From positions 46,347 to 110,346 of the IMG/VR virus record IMGVR_UViG_3300035497_000258: 64,000 bases of DNA. One strand, 5' to 3'. The position numbers were made by a program, and so were the translations under genes. Of this stretch, positions 23,889 through 34,792 are shown in pieces. Source of the DNA: a virus (lineage: Duplodnaviria; Caudoviricetes). Numbering within the stretch: the stretch's first letter is position 1; each line of letters begins with the position of its first letter. The notes under the pieces were generated by a model. It searched no databases, was not told the DNA's origin, and worked only from the letters and a program-made list of their open reading frames with translations.

Positions 23889-24460
23889 GGGCCTATATGG
23901 CCCTCTTCCTACTTTGAAAGCAAAAGGAAAGAAATTGCGGACTCCCCTGCTACGTAGCTTTCATATGACTCGTTTCATATCACTATAGGGCAGGGACTCC
24001 CGCATTTCTTTTCTTACCAGTTTCCTTCTATTGTTTTATTTATTTCAAATAATTTTTTATAATAATTATAAAGAAACGGATAAGACTTCATTTTTAAAAT
24101 AAGATACCCCTTAAAATAAAAAATTACTTAGAATTTGAAATAAAAATATTTACTTTTATCCCAAAATTTGTAATTAAAGATTTGGCGGCGCGCCTTCGGG
24201 CGTCCAGGAGAAGGCGCGCCGAGTTTCCAAATAATTACAATTATACCACATTTTTCGCTCGAAATCTATATGCAGGTTGCATAAAGTTCTAGTCCCAGAA
24301 TTGTACAATTCGCCGAATCGTCAAATTATACAAAAATTTTTATTTTTCTCGCCCCGTTTTTGTAGAAGCTCACACTTGAAATTCTCCTTGTCCTCTGGTA
24401 TAATGTAATCAAGATAAGGGAAGAGGAAAACCCACTGAACCTCAGAAAGGATTGATAACT

Positions 24461-24799
24461 ATGAAAAACCTGTATCTCGCTTATCCCGGCACCTGCTTTG
24501 AAATCCCCAACTCCGCATATGAGTATATGGTCACCACTGGCGATAATGTGGTGAATCTCTGGACCGGTGAGCTGATGCCCACTTACAAGTTCATCGAACG
24601 ATATGGCCTCTCCGATGGATACCGGGAACACCACTATTTGGTTGAAGATATGGAAACTGGTGAAGTCATCCTCGTCTGCGCCTATATCCCCAAAGATGCC
24701 CTGAAGATTGCCTTTGAGCAACTTCGCTGGATGAACGCTCGTATCGTGGATGAATACACTGAACTCGAGGCCGAGCTTTCCGGTCTGGATGAACTTTAA
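24461..24799 (+). CDS. Early hypothetical protein
   Basis: TTGAAA...TATAAT promoter; GAAAGGATTGAT RBS. Confidence 0.65.
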   Translation: MKNLYLAYPGTCFEIPNSAYEYMVTTGDNVVNLWTGELMPTYKFIERYGLSDGYREHHYLVEDMETGEVILVCAYIPKDALKIAFEQLRWMNARIVDEYTELEAELSGLDEL

Positions 24800-24816
24800 G
24801 AAAGGGGCTGGTACAT

Positions 24817-25269
24817 ATGATTCTTTGCTTTGACCTTGACGGCACCGTGGCTGACCTTTATGGGGCCTCTGATTGGCTTTCTAGCCTAGAGGGAGAAAGA
24901 GCTGGGACATTTTCCCAGCTCAATCCCCTGGTCGATATGACCCGGCTTTCTGAAATCTGCTACGCCCTAAAAGACGCCGGATGGAAAATTTTGGTAATCA
25001 CCTGGTTGCCAAAAAATGCCTCTCCCGACTATGAGGCCACCTGCACTGAGGAAAAGGAAGATTGGGTATGGAATTATATGCCATACGTTGATTCCTTCCA
25101 TGCTCTCCGGTATGGCACCCCTAAGCAGTCCGTGATTCCATATCGAAACAAGGCAGTACTTGTGGATGATAGCTTAGAAGTGCGGGCAAGCTGGAACTCC
25201 CCCAAAAAGCGGACTAGCATTGACCCTGCAAATAATCTCCTCCAAAATCTGGAAAGGCTCCTGGGTTAA
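24817..25269 (+). CDS. HAD-superfamily phosphatase (5'-nucleotidase-like)
   Basis: FDLDGTVADLY motif I, ITW motif II, K, LVDD motif IV. Confidence 0.75.
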   Translation: MILCFDLDGTVADLYGASDWLSSLEGERAGTFSQLNPLVDMTRLSEICYALKDAGWKILVITWLPKNASPDYEATCTEEKEDWVWNYMPYVDSFHALRYGTPKQSVIPYRNKAVLVDDSLEVRASWNSPKKRTSIDPANNLLQNLERLLG

Positions 25270-25294
25270 ATCCCAGGGGCCAGGAAAAAGGGGG

Positions 25295-25323
25295 TTGACA
25301 AATCTCAAAAAATATGGTATAAT
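25295..25323 (+). promoter_or_regulatory. Consensus sigmaA promoter
   Basis: TTGACA-17 nt-TATAAT with a TG extension. Confidence 0.8.
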
Positions 25324-25949
25324 TTCAGTATCAAAAGAAAGGAATGAAAGATATGCGGTTTCTCAAGGTATGTGGGGTTATGTTTCTCGCCTGGTTCTTG
25401 CTTAGCTTCATCGAAATCACGCTCTTCAATTCTCACCCCGGCGCAACATACTCCACCTTCAACTTCTTCAATATGCTGTTCTGAGAGGGTTGATACCCAT
25501 GAAAAAATTCTACGTTGATTTCACCGGCTGGTGCGAAATCACAGCCAAAGATGAGAAAGAGGCACGGTATAAGTTTGAATCTTATATCGCAGAAAACAAG
25601 CCTTTGCCTTGCAACATCTACGAGGTACAAAACGTCAAAGAAAAAGACGTAATAGATTGGAATGATTAAAGTTTAGTTCCAATTCGGCATTTTGCACAAA
25701 TAAAAATTTTGTGCATTTTGCCTATTGACGGGCCGCCCATTATACCAAAAGCGGGCGGCCCGCAATCCAGCGCTGCGGGCCGAATTTTGCCATAAACTTC
25801 CATTATAGCAGATTTTTTACAGCTTGTCAACCAGCAATCTGCACAATTTTATCTTCCCGAATTTGTGCAACTTTCCATCTTGCAATCCCGCACACCCTGT
25901 GCTATACTATAATTGTTCCAAGGAAAGGAACAGAAAGGATTGATACATT

Positions 25950-26363
25950 ATGTTCAAACTGAAAGATGACCCTCGCTTCCTTATCCGCTCTGAGCGAGAT
26001 ATCCGCGCGCTTGACCTGGGCACTCATTTTGTACCCCTGGATGAAGAAAACTGCGAGTGTATTGTCACTCGTGGGCAGTGCGGGGATGACAAGGCCATTA
26101 TTATGGTATGGAACGATGATTTCTTCATCTTCCCCATATGGCAATTTGCCGACTTCTGGCATGATGACCTCTACGGCGAATACCTGTTCTATGAGGTAGA
26201 AGATACCATGTCAGGAAAACGGTTCCAACTTCGGGCTTTCTCCGCCAAGAGCGCAGAAGAAAAAGCATATGATATTCTCAACTGGCGAGTGAAAGTCAAC
26301 CGTATCGTGGTAGACCCAGAAGCGAACGGGCAGGTTCCGGCTCTCTGGTTCGATGGTGACTAA
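25950..26363 (+). CDS. Early hypothetical protein
   Basis: GAAAGGATTGAT RBS; 137 aa. Confidence 0.65.
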   Translation: MFKLKDDPRFLIRSERDIRALDLGTHFVPLDEENCECIVTRGQCGDDKAIIMVWNDDFFIFPIWQFADFWHDDLYGEYLFYEVEDTMSGKRFQLRAFSAKSAEEKAYDILNWRVKVNRIVVDPEANGQVPALWFDGD

Positions 26364-26408
26364 AGGAACGGGGCTATATGCCCCGTCCTTGAAACAAAAG
26401 GAGGTAAT

Positions 26409-26888
26409 ATGGATTACAAGCTGTTGGCACTTTTTATCGTGCTAAATATCATCAATGTGATTATTTCCACCATAAAGTCCATCGCCACGGTAAAGTGCGG
26501 GAAGGGTGGCGCAGCGGTGGCGAATGCCCTCGGTTATGGTTTTTATACCATCGTTGTGGTTTATATGGTGAGTGACCTGCCCTTGTGGGCAAAGGTCTTG
26601 GTAGTCGGTGGATGTAACCTTGTAGGGGTGTATATCGTTAAGGCTATCGAAGAAAAAATTCAGAAAGAAAAGCTATGGAAAATCGAATTGACAGTGAAGA
26701 ACTCTCAGGCAGAGAAACTGCACAAGGAACTTTCTGGATTCAAAATCCCGCACAACTACATTGAAAACGTGGGCAAGTGGACTATTTTTAATGTCTACTG
26801 CGCTACTAAGAAAGAAAGTGCTTTCGTTAAGGAAGTAGCAGTGAGAAACAATGCAAAGTTTTTCGCAAATGAAACAAAGATTCTCTAG
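26409..26888 (+). CDS. Membrane protein (DUF2179/DUF5698-like); ends at TAG
   Basis: GGAGG RBS; three N-terminal TM segments plus a soluble C-terminal domain; next gene's RBS immediately follows the TAG. Confidence 0.7.
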   Translation: MDYKLLALFIVLNIINVIISTIKSIATVKCGKGGAAVANALGYGFYTIVVVYMVSDLPLWAKVLVVGGCNLVGVYIVKAIEEKIQKEKLWKIELTVKNSQAEKLHKELSGFKIPHNYIENVGKWTIFNVYCATKKESAFVKEVAVRNNAKFFANETKIL

Positions 26889-26901
26889 GGAGGGATTTGG
26901 T

Positions 26902-27165
26902 ATGATAAAACGTATCTATTACAAGGAGATGAGCAAACTCGCCGCAGGGCTACAAAGACGTGGCACTAGGTTCGTTATCCGCACTTACCAAGGCGGGTTA
27001 CAGATTCTCTGCAAGGGAAGAGGGTGGGACGCAATTTGTCACGACTATTCTTACGGACATGAAGATGGGTTACTTGAAGTCATGGGGCTTCCGCAATGCA
27101 ACGGTGACGTTATCGGTTACTTAACCGCAGAAGAAATTCTGAAAATGGTGGATGAAAACTCTTGA
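26902..27165 (+). CDS. Early hypothetical protein
   Basis: GGAGG RBS; WDAICHDYSYGHEDGLLEVMG motif. Confidence 0.65.
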   Translation: MIKRIYYKEMSKLAAGLQRRGTRFVIRTYQGGLQILCKGRGWDAICHDYSYGHEDGLLEVMGLPQCNGDVIGYLTAEEILKMVDENS

Positions 27166-27898
27166 CAACTCTTAGGTTTGGTGCTATAATAAGACTATCA
27201 AGAACAGAAAGGATTGATTAAACGACATGAAATGTAAAGACTGTCCCTACGCCTGGGAAGAAGATGACAGCGGTATCTTGGTATGCCACTGCGAAGAAGC
27301 AACAGCCCCGTGTGAGGAAGGAGAAGATGATGAAGTTCCAACTTAACTTTGAAGGTTGGTATGAAACCGAAGCAAATCTCGAAGAAGAAGCGATAGAAGA
27401 ACTCGAAGCGTTTTTTGAATCGCTTCCCGGACTTAAAGACCTGGATATCTGGGCCGAAGAACAGGAGGATGATTAACCGGGAGAAATCCCGGTTAATTTT
27501 TGTGCAATTTGACTATTGACAAACAGCTTCGAGTGTGCTATAATTGGCGGGCCGCCAACGCCCAAGCGGCCCGAATTTTCCATAAATTTCCATTATACCA
27601 CATTTTTTCTCCGCTGTCAATAGGCAAAATAACCAAACCTGGGATCCCGAAATTGTGCAAGTTGACGAAGGCGCGAATTTCCAAAATTTGGAAGGCCGCG
27701 GACCCTCCCCCTTCATTATACCACGGGTGCACGCCGCTTGTCAATAGGCAAACCGCACAAATTTGATCCCCGGATTTTGTGCAATATTCCATGTTGTGTT
27801 TTCGCTATTTTTCTGGTATACTAATAGTGTTCCAAGGGGAACGCAATCCGGTAGGGGACACGATGGTAAACCCCTATCTAGTGAAAGGACTTGATATT

Positions 27899-28879
27899 TT
27901 GGGAAAACGCAACTACTACCTAGTTCTGGACACCGAAACCGCTACTTTACCTTTTGTCAACCAGTACGGCAAAAGCGAAGCAATCCGCAAGAAAATTGCG
28001 ATTGCAAAACCGCTGGTTTATGACATTGGGTGGCAAGTTATTGACACTCAAGGTAAAGTATACAAACAACGGAATTTCCTTATTCAGGAAACCTTCTTTG
28101 TTCCTTCTGTTTTCGATACCGCTTACTATCGAGACAAACGCCCCAAATACATTGAAATGATGGAAAAAGGCGAAATCGAGGTAGCGTGTTGGTATCAGGC
28201 AATCAATCAACTTCTGTGCGATTGTGAGAACGTCAAGGCGGTCTGTGCTTATAATGCCGCTTTTGATTTCAAGAAGGCTATTCCGTTCACTGAGGCGTAT
28301 ATCTATGCGCTATACCATAACTACCAAGCTTTTGAGGACAAACAGAAGGAAAGTATACAAAGGATTCTTTCCGGCCCGTCCAAAGACACAAACCCTGAAT
28401 TTCTGAGCCCTGTTTTCAAGTTACGAGGTGAAGAATTTCCCATCATCGACTTGTGGGAAATTGCTTGCGATAGGCTTTTAAACAACAGAGCGTACAAGAA
28501 ATACTGTCTTTCCCATGGTCTTTGGACTAACAGCGTTCAGTATTTCAAGTCAAGCGCAGAATCTTCCTATCAATACTTGATGAAAAACCACGCTTTTGAG
28601 GAATCACACACGGCGTTGGATGATGCAAGGATTGAAAGTGAAATTCTTGTAAAGGCTCTTAAGAAGGGCAAGGTTGAACCCTGTATGGGCTGTTTCCCCT
28701 TCCGCAACTTAGGAAACACCTTTGAGTTTGCGGAAAAGCACGCTAAGAAGCAACTTGAACCTCTCGCAGATGCTTTGAGCGAGTACATCGAAACACTCGA
28801 TGAAACAAGCGTATACTGCAAGAAAATGTTAAACCAGCTCCGCAAGCTGGAAGCGAAAATTCTTTACGAAAACGCTTGA
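27899..28879 (+). CDS. DnaQ/DEDDh-family 3'-5' exonuclease
   Basis: VLDTETA (ExoI), AYNAAFD (ExoII), HTALDDARIE (ExoIII); GAAAGGA RBS before TTG. Confidence 0.85.
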   Translation: MGKRNYYLVLDTETATLPFVNQYGKSEAIRKKIAIAKPLVYDIGWQVIDTQGKVYKQRNFLIQETFFVPSVFDTAYYRDKRPKYIEMMEKGEIEVACWYQAINQLLCDCENVKAVCAYNAAFDFKKAIPFTEAYIYALYHNYQAFEDKQKESIQRILSGPSKDTNPEFLSPVFKLRGEEFPIIDLWEIACDRLLNNRAYKKYCLSHGLWTNSVQYFKSSAESSYQYLMKNHAFEESHTALDDARIESEILVKALKKGKVEPCMGCFPFRNLGNTFEFAEKHAKKQLEPLADALSEYIETLDETSVYCKKMLNQLRKLEAKILYENA

Positions 28880-28991
28880 CGGATACCAAGATTTATGGTA
28901 TAATAACTACGTTGTCAAGGGAAGGGCAAAACCTTCTTGACAAATACATCAAAGACAAGGACAGTCTCAAAAACCAGAAAGGATTGATACT

Positions 28992-29354
28992 ATGAAGAAG
29001 ATTACTAAGGCTCAGAGAAACGCTGACATCATCGCCATTCTGACCGGCAAAACCCCCGAACACGGTACCACCATTCAGGAAGCCGTGGCCCACCTGGAGA
29101 ACGAGAACCGCCTTCTTGCCAATCGCAAGTCTAGTAAGAAGGTCTCCCCCGAGAACGTGGAACGCACCGAGAAGCTGTACGAGCTGATTTCCGCAAGCGA
29201 CAAGCCCGTTCTCCTGTGCGAGGTCACCAAGGGCAACCCCGACTTCTATGATATTTCCTCTCAGCAGGTGACTGCGTTTGCAAACCGCCTGTGCGCTGAT
29301 AACCGCATCGTGAAGGAAGTCATCAAGGGCCGTACTCACTTTGTCGCAGTGTAA
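28992..29354 (+). CDS. Probable winged-helix DNA-binding protein (paralog of 35966-36358)
   Basis: MKKITK...helix...ISSQQVTAFANRL...IVKEVIKGRTHF pattern. Confidence 0.55.
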   Translation: MKKITKAQRNADIIAILTGKTPEHGTTIQEAVAHLENENRLLANRKSSKKVSPENVERTEKLYELISASDKPVLLCEVTKGNPDFYDISSQQVTAFANRLCADNRIVKEVIKGRTHFVAV

Positions 29355-29403
29355 ACCTTATCGGGGAAGGGGTAAAACCCTTCCCCCTTGAAAGGGGGAT
29401 TCA

Positions 29404-29805
29404 ATGAGTAACACCGAGAAAGAAACCCAAATCCAGCGCATTATGAAAGGCATCCCGTGCGGACGTGCGGAAGCAGAAGAAATTTACGCCTATGACCTAA
29501 AAGTCAACTCCATGACCACCCGGCAGGAAATTCAATCGGACTTGACACCAGAACAACAAGCAGTAGTAAAGAAGATGAAGCAAGCCGAACGCAAGAAAAC
29601 GGTTTACAAGTTTTCCACAAGAGAAAAGAAGAAGGATACCGCAAAGGAAGATATCATTTCTGCGCTTGTGCGGTTTGTGGAGAATGAAATCTGCGAAGGC
29701 TCCTGCATCGTGGAAAATCCATCCAGGAAATTCCAATTTGAGTTAGGCGGTGATACATACGACATTACATTGACACGCAAGAACAAGAAAAAGGGAGCGG
29801 GGTAA
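29404..29805 (+). CDS. Hypothetical protein
   Basis: 133-aa ORF with RBS. Confidence 0.65.
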   Translation: MSNTEKETQIQRIMKGIPCGRAEAEEIYAYDLKVNSMTTRQEIQSDLTPEQQAVVKKMKQAERKKTVYKFSTREKKKDTAKEDIISALVRFVENEICEGSCIVENPSRKFQFELGGDTYDITLTRKNKKKGAG

Positions 29806-29835
29806 CACCCGCTCCCGCACGGAGAAAGGAATACC

Positions 29836-30075
29836 ATGTTAATCTACGTCAATCGCAACGAGGGCTTGATTTTTAATGAGGCAGGCTATGAAGGTACTCT
29901 TGAACGGCAGGCAAACGACGCTATGATTCATCTGACAGAGGACTTCCTGGAATTTATTGACAAAACCTGCACTCCGAGGAAGGCCTACATGGAAAGCGGA
30001 AGTGATGAAATTTTTGGTGCATACGTTGACTACTTGAAGGAAAATTCCCAGAATTGGGAGAAAATGGAAATCTGA
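29836..30075 (+). CDS. Hypothetical protein
   Basis: GAAAGGA RBS. Confidence 0.6.
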   Translation: MLIYVNRNEGLIFNEAGYEGTLERQANDAMIHLTEDFLEFIDKTCTPRKAYMESGSDEIFGAYVDYLKENSQNWEKMEI

Positions 30076-30353
30076 TGATTCTACGTTTTGCACAAATCTT
30101 GGCAACGAGATTTGTGCAAAATTTTTTCGCCAAAAGGCTTGACAGCTGGCGGAAAATGTGATATAATGGACGGCTCGATAACTGGCGCATCGAGCCGAGT
30201 TTCCGCAATCTTTTTATTATACCAGATTTTTTGCCCAAAGTCTATAGGCATTTTATACAAACTTTGGATCCTGATTTTGTGCAATATTCCATCTTGTAAT
30301 TCTGCGGAATTATGGTATAATAAATACAGAAATTAAGAAAGAGGTTGATAACT

Positions 30354-30590
30354 ATGGAAATTTATCTTGTGAGGTTTTCTGATGACTGTGGTGACTTAAA
30401 TTCCTGCTGGACTTCTTACAGAAAAGCCTGGGAATATATCGAAGGTGAAGCTAAAAGATGTGGCTGGACCAGGATTTCTGAATATCGCAATTTCGATGCC
30501 AGTTATGGGGAGTACAAATTTTCTTTCAATGGTAATATTTTTACCGCTGAAATTGAAGGTTTTACTCTTGATGAAAGGCCCTATTTCTAA
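30354..30590 (+). CDS. Hypothetical protein
   Basis: Promoter TTGTAA...TATAAT and RBS. Confidence 0.6.
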   Translation: MEIYLVRFSDDCGDLNSCWTSYRKAWEYIEGEAKRCGWTRISEYRNFDASYGEYKFSFNGNIFTAEIEGFTLDERPYF

Positions 30591-30609
30591 TAGAAAGGAT
30601 TGATAGCAA

Positions 30610-30801
30610 ATGGAACTAAATGAAACTCGGTTGAAAGAGGTGATAACCGCCTTTGTTGATTACAACGGCTCTGATTGCTCTTGCTGTCCTGCCATGGAAG
30701 AATGTCCATTTAACCCGAGACTGGTGGAACCAGACTGCGAAAAAGAAATACTGAAATACGTCACTAAACAGGAGGAAAGAAATGAAGATAGAAGTAAGTG
30801 A
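30610..30801 (+). CDS. Small Cys-containing hypothetical protein
   Basis: GAAAGGATTGAT RBS; CSCCP...C...C. Confidence 0.55.
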   Translation: MELNETRLKEVITAFVDYNGSDCSCCPAMEECPFNPRLVEPDCEKEILKYVTKQEERNEDRSK

Positions 30802-31441
30802 TTACCGCTTACGGGAAATCATCAACGGTTTTCTTGCTCTTGATGAAAACTGTGACTTCTGCCCAGGTAAAAACCGTTGTCCCTTTGAATCGGAAGAAGA
30901 AGCAAACTGTGAGAAAGTGATACTTGACTTTCTTACTGGCCAGGATTGACAAAATCCTGGCTTCTTTTTTGTGCATTTTGCCTATTGACAACAGGAGGAA
31001 AGTATGATAAAATTGGCGGACTGCGAGCGGGAGTGGCAGTCCGAATTCGCGCATTATCTCGTTCATTGGAGATTTTTATCTGCGGTTGCCGCGCCCGCTT
31101 TCTATTTCTCTGCTTCCCAAAATTTTAAAATCGAGTAAGACTTCATGATTTCAATAAACTATTAAAATCAAACTATAAAACAATTAAAAATTTCAATAAA
31201 AATTTTTTGCCTTTTCCGCAAATTTAGAGTAAAATAAACTTAGAAAATTAAAGAAAGGAGAAAGATTATGCTAGAGCTTTGGAAAGCGCTTATCCTTATC
31301 GTTGAATTTTGTACCGAGCAAGATTCCTGTGAGTCTTGCCCTATTCGCTCTATGTGCGGCAAGATTCCTTCTGAATGGTGATAAGCCAGGGCCCGTAATA
31401 GGGTCGTTTTTCCAGCCCACTCTAGCGTTAGGTGATTTTTC

Positions 31442-31669
31442 ATGCAAGAAACAGAGTTCACTAGAAAAGTAGATTCCATGGGAAGAATTATTATCCCCTC
31501 GAAGTTGCGGGAACGTCTAGGTATTAAAGCCGGAATCCCGTATAAGTTTTACGTCCATTCCGCAGGTGGAGAAGTATTTGTAGGCATTAAGTGTAAAGAT
31601 ACTCAAACCGTGAGAGATTATATTTTCGCTCTTGAAAGAGCTGGCTATGAAGTTACAAAAAAGACTTGA
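31442..31669 (+). CDS. AbrB/MazE-family transcriptional regulator
   Basis: RKVDSMGRIIIPSKLRERLGI motif. Confidence 0.85.
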   Translation: MQETEFTRKVDSMGRIIIPSKLRERLGIKAGIPYKFYVHSAGGEVFVGIKCKDTQTVRDYIFALERAGYEVTKKT

Positions 31670-31875
31670 CAAATCTTCCGGAGTATGGTATACTATAAAG
31701 GGAGCTGCGGCGGGCTGCTAACGGAGTAAGCACCCGAATTTTGTCAAATCACACTCCCATATGCAATTTTTCATATCAATCCAGCTCATATGCAAATTTT
31801 CCGCTCGATCCTGAAAATCTTTATTCCTTTCTTTTTTTAGAAGAGGCTGACCTTTAGAGTCAACCTCTTTTTATT

Positions 31876-32565
31876 TTATGCACAGCCTTCTTCATCAACT
31901 AACAACGTCTTTTTAATCGGCATGAAACCTAGCTTTTTCTTCACTAAATAAACAAAAGTAGGAAGAGCTTTAGGTTCACTTTCTCCAATCGCCACATCTC
32001 TTTCCTCTTGTTTTATTCTTCCTCTGCGATAATCGTCATCAATCGCCGCAGCTTTTAGTCCTTTTCCTCTATATACCATCTTAGCGCATTTCCGCATAAC
32101 TTGTAATTTTTCCTTAGGCAAAGGAGTTTTCCCATCTTGGTCCATCCACACATATTCACTGCGGCCGCGCGTTCCGTAGTCTTCATCCAGGTGATTTCTA
32201 CCATAACGCTCAACTTTAACTTTACAAGTATAGTTTATAGCAGTTTCTTCTGTTATTCTAGCAGCTAATTCTGGATGTTTCTGGTGGATTGCTTTTCCAA
32301 CTCTAACGCAAGTATCTATCCCGCTCGAGTTCCACTCTTTAGAAAATTCAGCTTCTACTATTTCATGCGTCTTACTGAACTCAGGTATATAGATGCGATC
32401 TATGTAGAGTTTATTTGATCGGCCCTCAAGATGATAATCAGCATAATGCTTTAAGATTTCAAGCTTCTTCTCTCTTCTACCTTTTCCTTTATTTAGTGTA
32501 TCTTCATTAAGACCAAACCATCTTGATAATTCTCTCCATGTCATCTTACCCAAATGTAACTCCAT
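31876..32565 (-). CDS. Hypothetical DNA-binding protein, paralog of 33390-34085
   Basis: AGGAG RBS; N-terminal HTH-like MTWRELSRWFGLNEDTL. Confidence 0.65.
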   Translation of the reverse strand: MELHLGKMTWRELSRWFGLNEDTLNKGKGRREKKLEILKHYADYHLEGRSNKLYIDRIYIPEFSKTHEIVEAEFSKEWNSSGIDTCVRVGKAIHQKHPELAARITEETAINYTCKVKVERYGRNHLDEDYGTRGRSEYVWMDQDGKTPLPKEKLQVMRKCAKMVYRGKGLKAAAIDDDYRRGRIKQEERDVAIGESEPKALPTFVYLVKKKLGFMPIKKTLLVDEEGCA

Positions 32566-33389
32566 ATTTGCTCTCCTGTTCTGTATTATAATTTTATTTA
32601 TTTTGAAATATAGTATATAATTATCTTGTAAAAAAAAGAAAAATAGAATATGATTTTTAGATTTTTAAAGCAAAAGAAGAAAAGTAGAAGAACCGATTCA
32701 AAATATAAACCACAATAAATTCTAAATTTTTTTTAATACTTTTTATTTTCTATGAGTTCTTGTACGATAAAAGAATAAAACTATTAAATTACATAAATAA
32801 TTTATTATTAAAAATAATAAAATTTTAAAAGTCTAAAGCAAAAGGAAAAAAGAAAGATTGCGGGTTCCGCTGCTCCATAGTGGTATTATATCTAGCTTTA
32901 ACGCATTATACCTTGTTCCTATCTTTAGACGAAAGCATTTTATATTTAGGTTTGTGAAATAATATATTAAGAATATATATTTCTATTATACTAGGTTCTA
33001 AATACTGGATTCTTAACATAGAATTTTACTACGATAAAGTAAGTATACATATGCGCGAGTCCTAGGTTTAAAGCGCTTTATAGCTACCGATTCCGCTTCC
33101 GCTATTTCTTTCTCTTGTTATCTACGGCTTATAGTCTCTTTTGAATAGTTGCTCTATTTTCAGTTCAATTTTCAAAATCTAACTCGATTTCTATTTTCAT
33201 TTCAACTTTCTAAAAAGTACTCCTCTGGCCGATGAGCGCGAAGGCGAGAAGTGCGAAGCACGAACGCCGAGTGTGAATCGATGTTCCAGAGAAGTACTTT
33301 TTCCTATTTTCCTTTAAAATAAAATTTATGCTAATGTGCTTGAGGGATGCGCTCACGTTCGTTCGCGACCCTCAAGCTTTATTTTTTAA

Positions 33390-34085
33390 TTAGAAAGCAC
33401 AACGCTAATATAAAGGAACTTTCATAGGTCTACAATTATTATTATTCTACATATATTTCTCTATACCTGCAATAAAGGCATTATACTTCAATTCGCCCAC
33501 TGTATTATTAGCCTCTTCTTTGCTAATTAAACCTTCATTTCTTTTAGTCATTGCGTTTTCTTGTTCTTCGAGATTTTCTTTATCGCAATCTCTAAAGTAG
33601 CTGCGCAACTCTTTAACTTGAGCATCAGTCATTTCAATATACTAATTAGCTTGATAATCTAAAAAACACCATTTATAATCAGTTAAAGTATAATAACCTG
33701 AGTTAATAAGTTCTTTTAAATTAGCTCTAGTATAATTAGTAATCGTACTTAATTGACAATTTAAAGCTTGAATTTCTTCTTCTACATAAATAATACGAGC
33801 TATATTAGAACCAGTCTGTCTGGGCTCGGTCTTAATAACTGCTTTTGCTTTATTTTGGATTAGTTTATTTTTTTTAGATTTACAATAATCTTTATATGGA
33901 ATAAAATCTCCATATTGCTCGGTAAAAATATAAATTATACCTCGACCTTTAGGTTCTGTCATAAAATCATAGAATAATCTTAAATGATTTTCATATTTTT
34001 GCCTATTTTTCCTAAAGGTCTAATATCCTATGTCCATCTCCTTTGCAAGTTCTTTCGTAGTGTATATCTAGTTTAATTGTAACAT
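33390..34085 (-). CDS. Hypothetical DNA-binding protein (231 aa, TAG-recoded)
   Basis: MLQLN*IYTTKELAKEMDIGY*TFRKN joins track ORFs 33642-33962 and 33447-33632 in one frame to TAA 33390. Confidence 0.65.
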
Positions 34086-34107
34086 GATATCATGCCCCCT
34101 AACGGTA

Positions 34108-34163
34108 ATGTTGATTTTTTTGTGCGCCGTAATATAAGGGACCGCACAAAAAAATCAACATTG
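34108..34163. repeat. Long inverted repeat (second one at ~34431-34489)
   Basis: AATGTTGATTTTTTTGTGCG...CGCACAAAAAAATCAACATT; TATGTAAGTCTG...CAGACTTACATA. Confidence 0.7.
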
Positions 34164-34792
34164 CCACCACCAACCTAAGTTAATAGTGATATTGTGCGAA
34201 GTCCATGATAAAAGACGCAACTATTGTAGATAACCACATTATATTATAAAAATTTTATATTATCGCTAAATCAAATTTGTCCCTTAACAATACTAGAAAG
34301 CATGATATTATGTTTCTTTGTTTTTATCCAATCAGCTATTTCTTTAGTTGACATTCGTCCTAATTTCAACTCACTCATGTTATTTCTCCTTAGATTTTTA
34401 TTTTCTTACAACCGAAGTAACTGGCATTTGTGTCATTTTTTTATGTAAGTCTGGGTTCTTAATATTCAGACTTACATAAAATCATGACAAAGTTGACAAA
34501 ACTATTATTATGCCATATCTCTCAATATATCTTGAAATTCTAAAGATAAGCTTAAATTTTTTTTGCCCAATAAACTGCATTAAAACGAAGTCTTAGAACT
34601 TCTATACCTAGAAATAGCTGCCCCATAGGGTATTAAAATTACCTAAAATTTTTGCGCTTTAAAGAGGTTTATGTCATAGTTATTATTTCCCTAGAACTAA
34701 AACAAAAGAGCGAAAGAACCAGAATTAAATCCCTATACTTTCGAGTGACGGAGGGGTGAGGGAGAGAAGAGGGGGTTGATTTTTTTTATTAA

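Noticed and set aside
19427-31479. Minus-strand track ORFs in the early region (e.g. 19860-20498, 21719-22372, 22761-23417)
   Set aside because: Antisense shadows of RBS-led + strand genes or spans of promoter/repeat DNA; no RBS or recognisable motifs.
32600-33210. Additional recoded gene between the paralogous HTH genes
   Set aside because: The frames I traced contain TAA stops even with TAG as sense; no convincing start or RBS.
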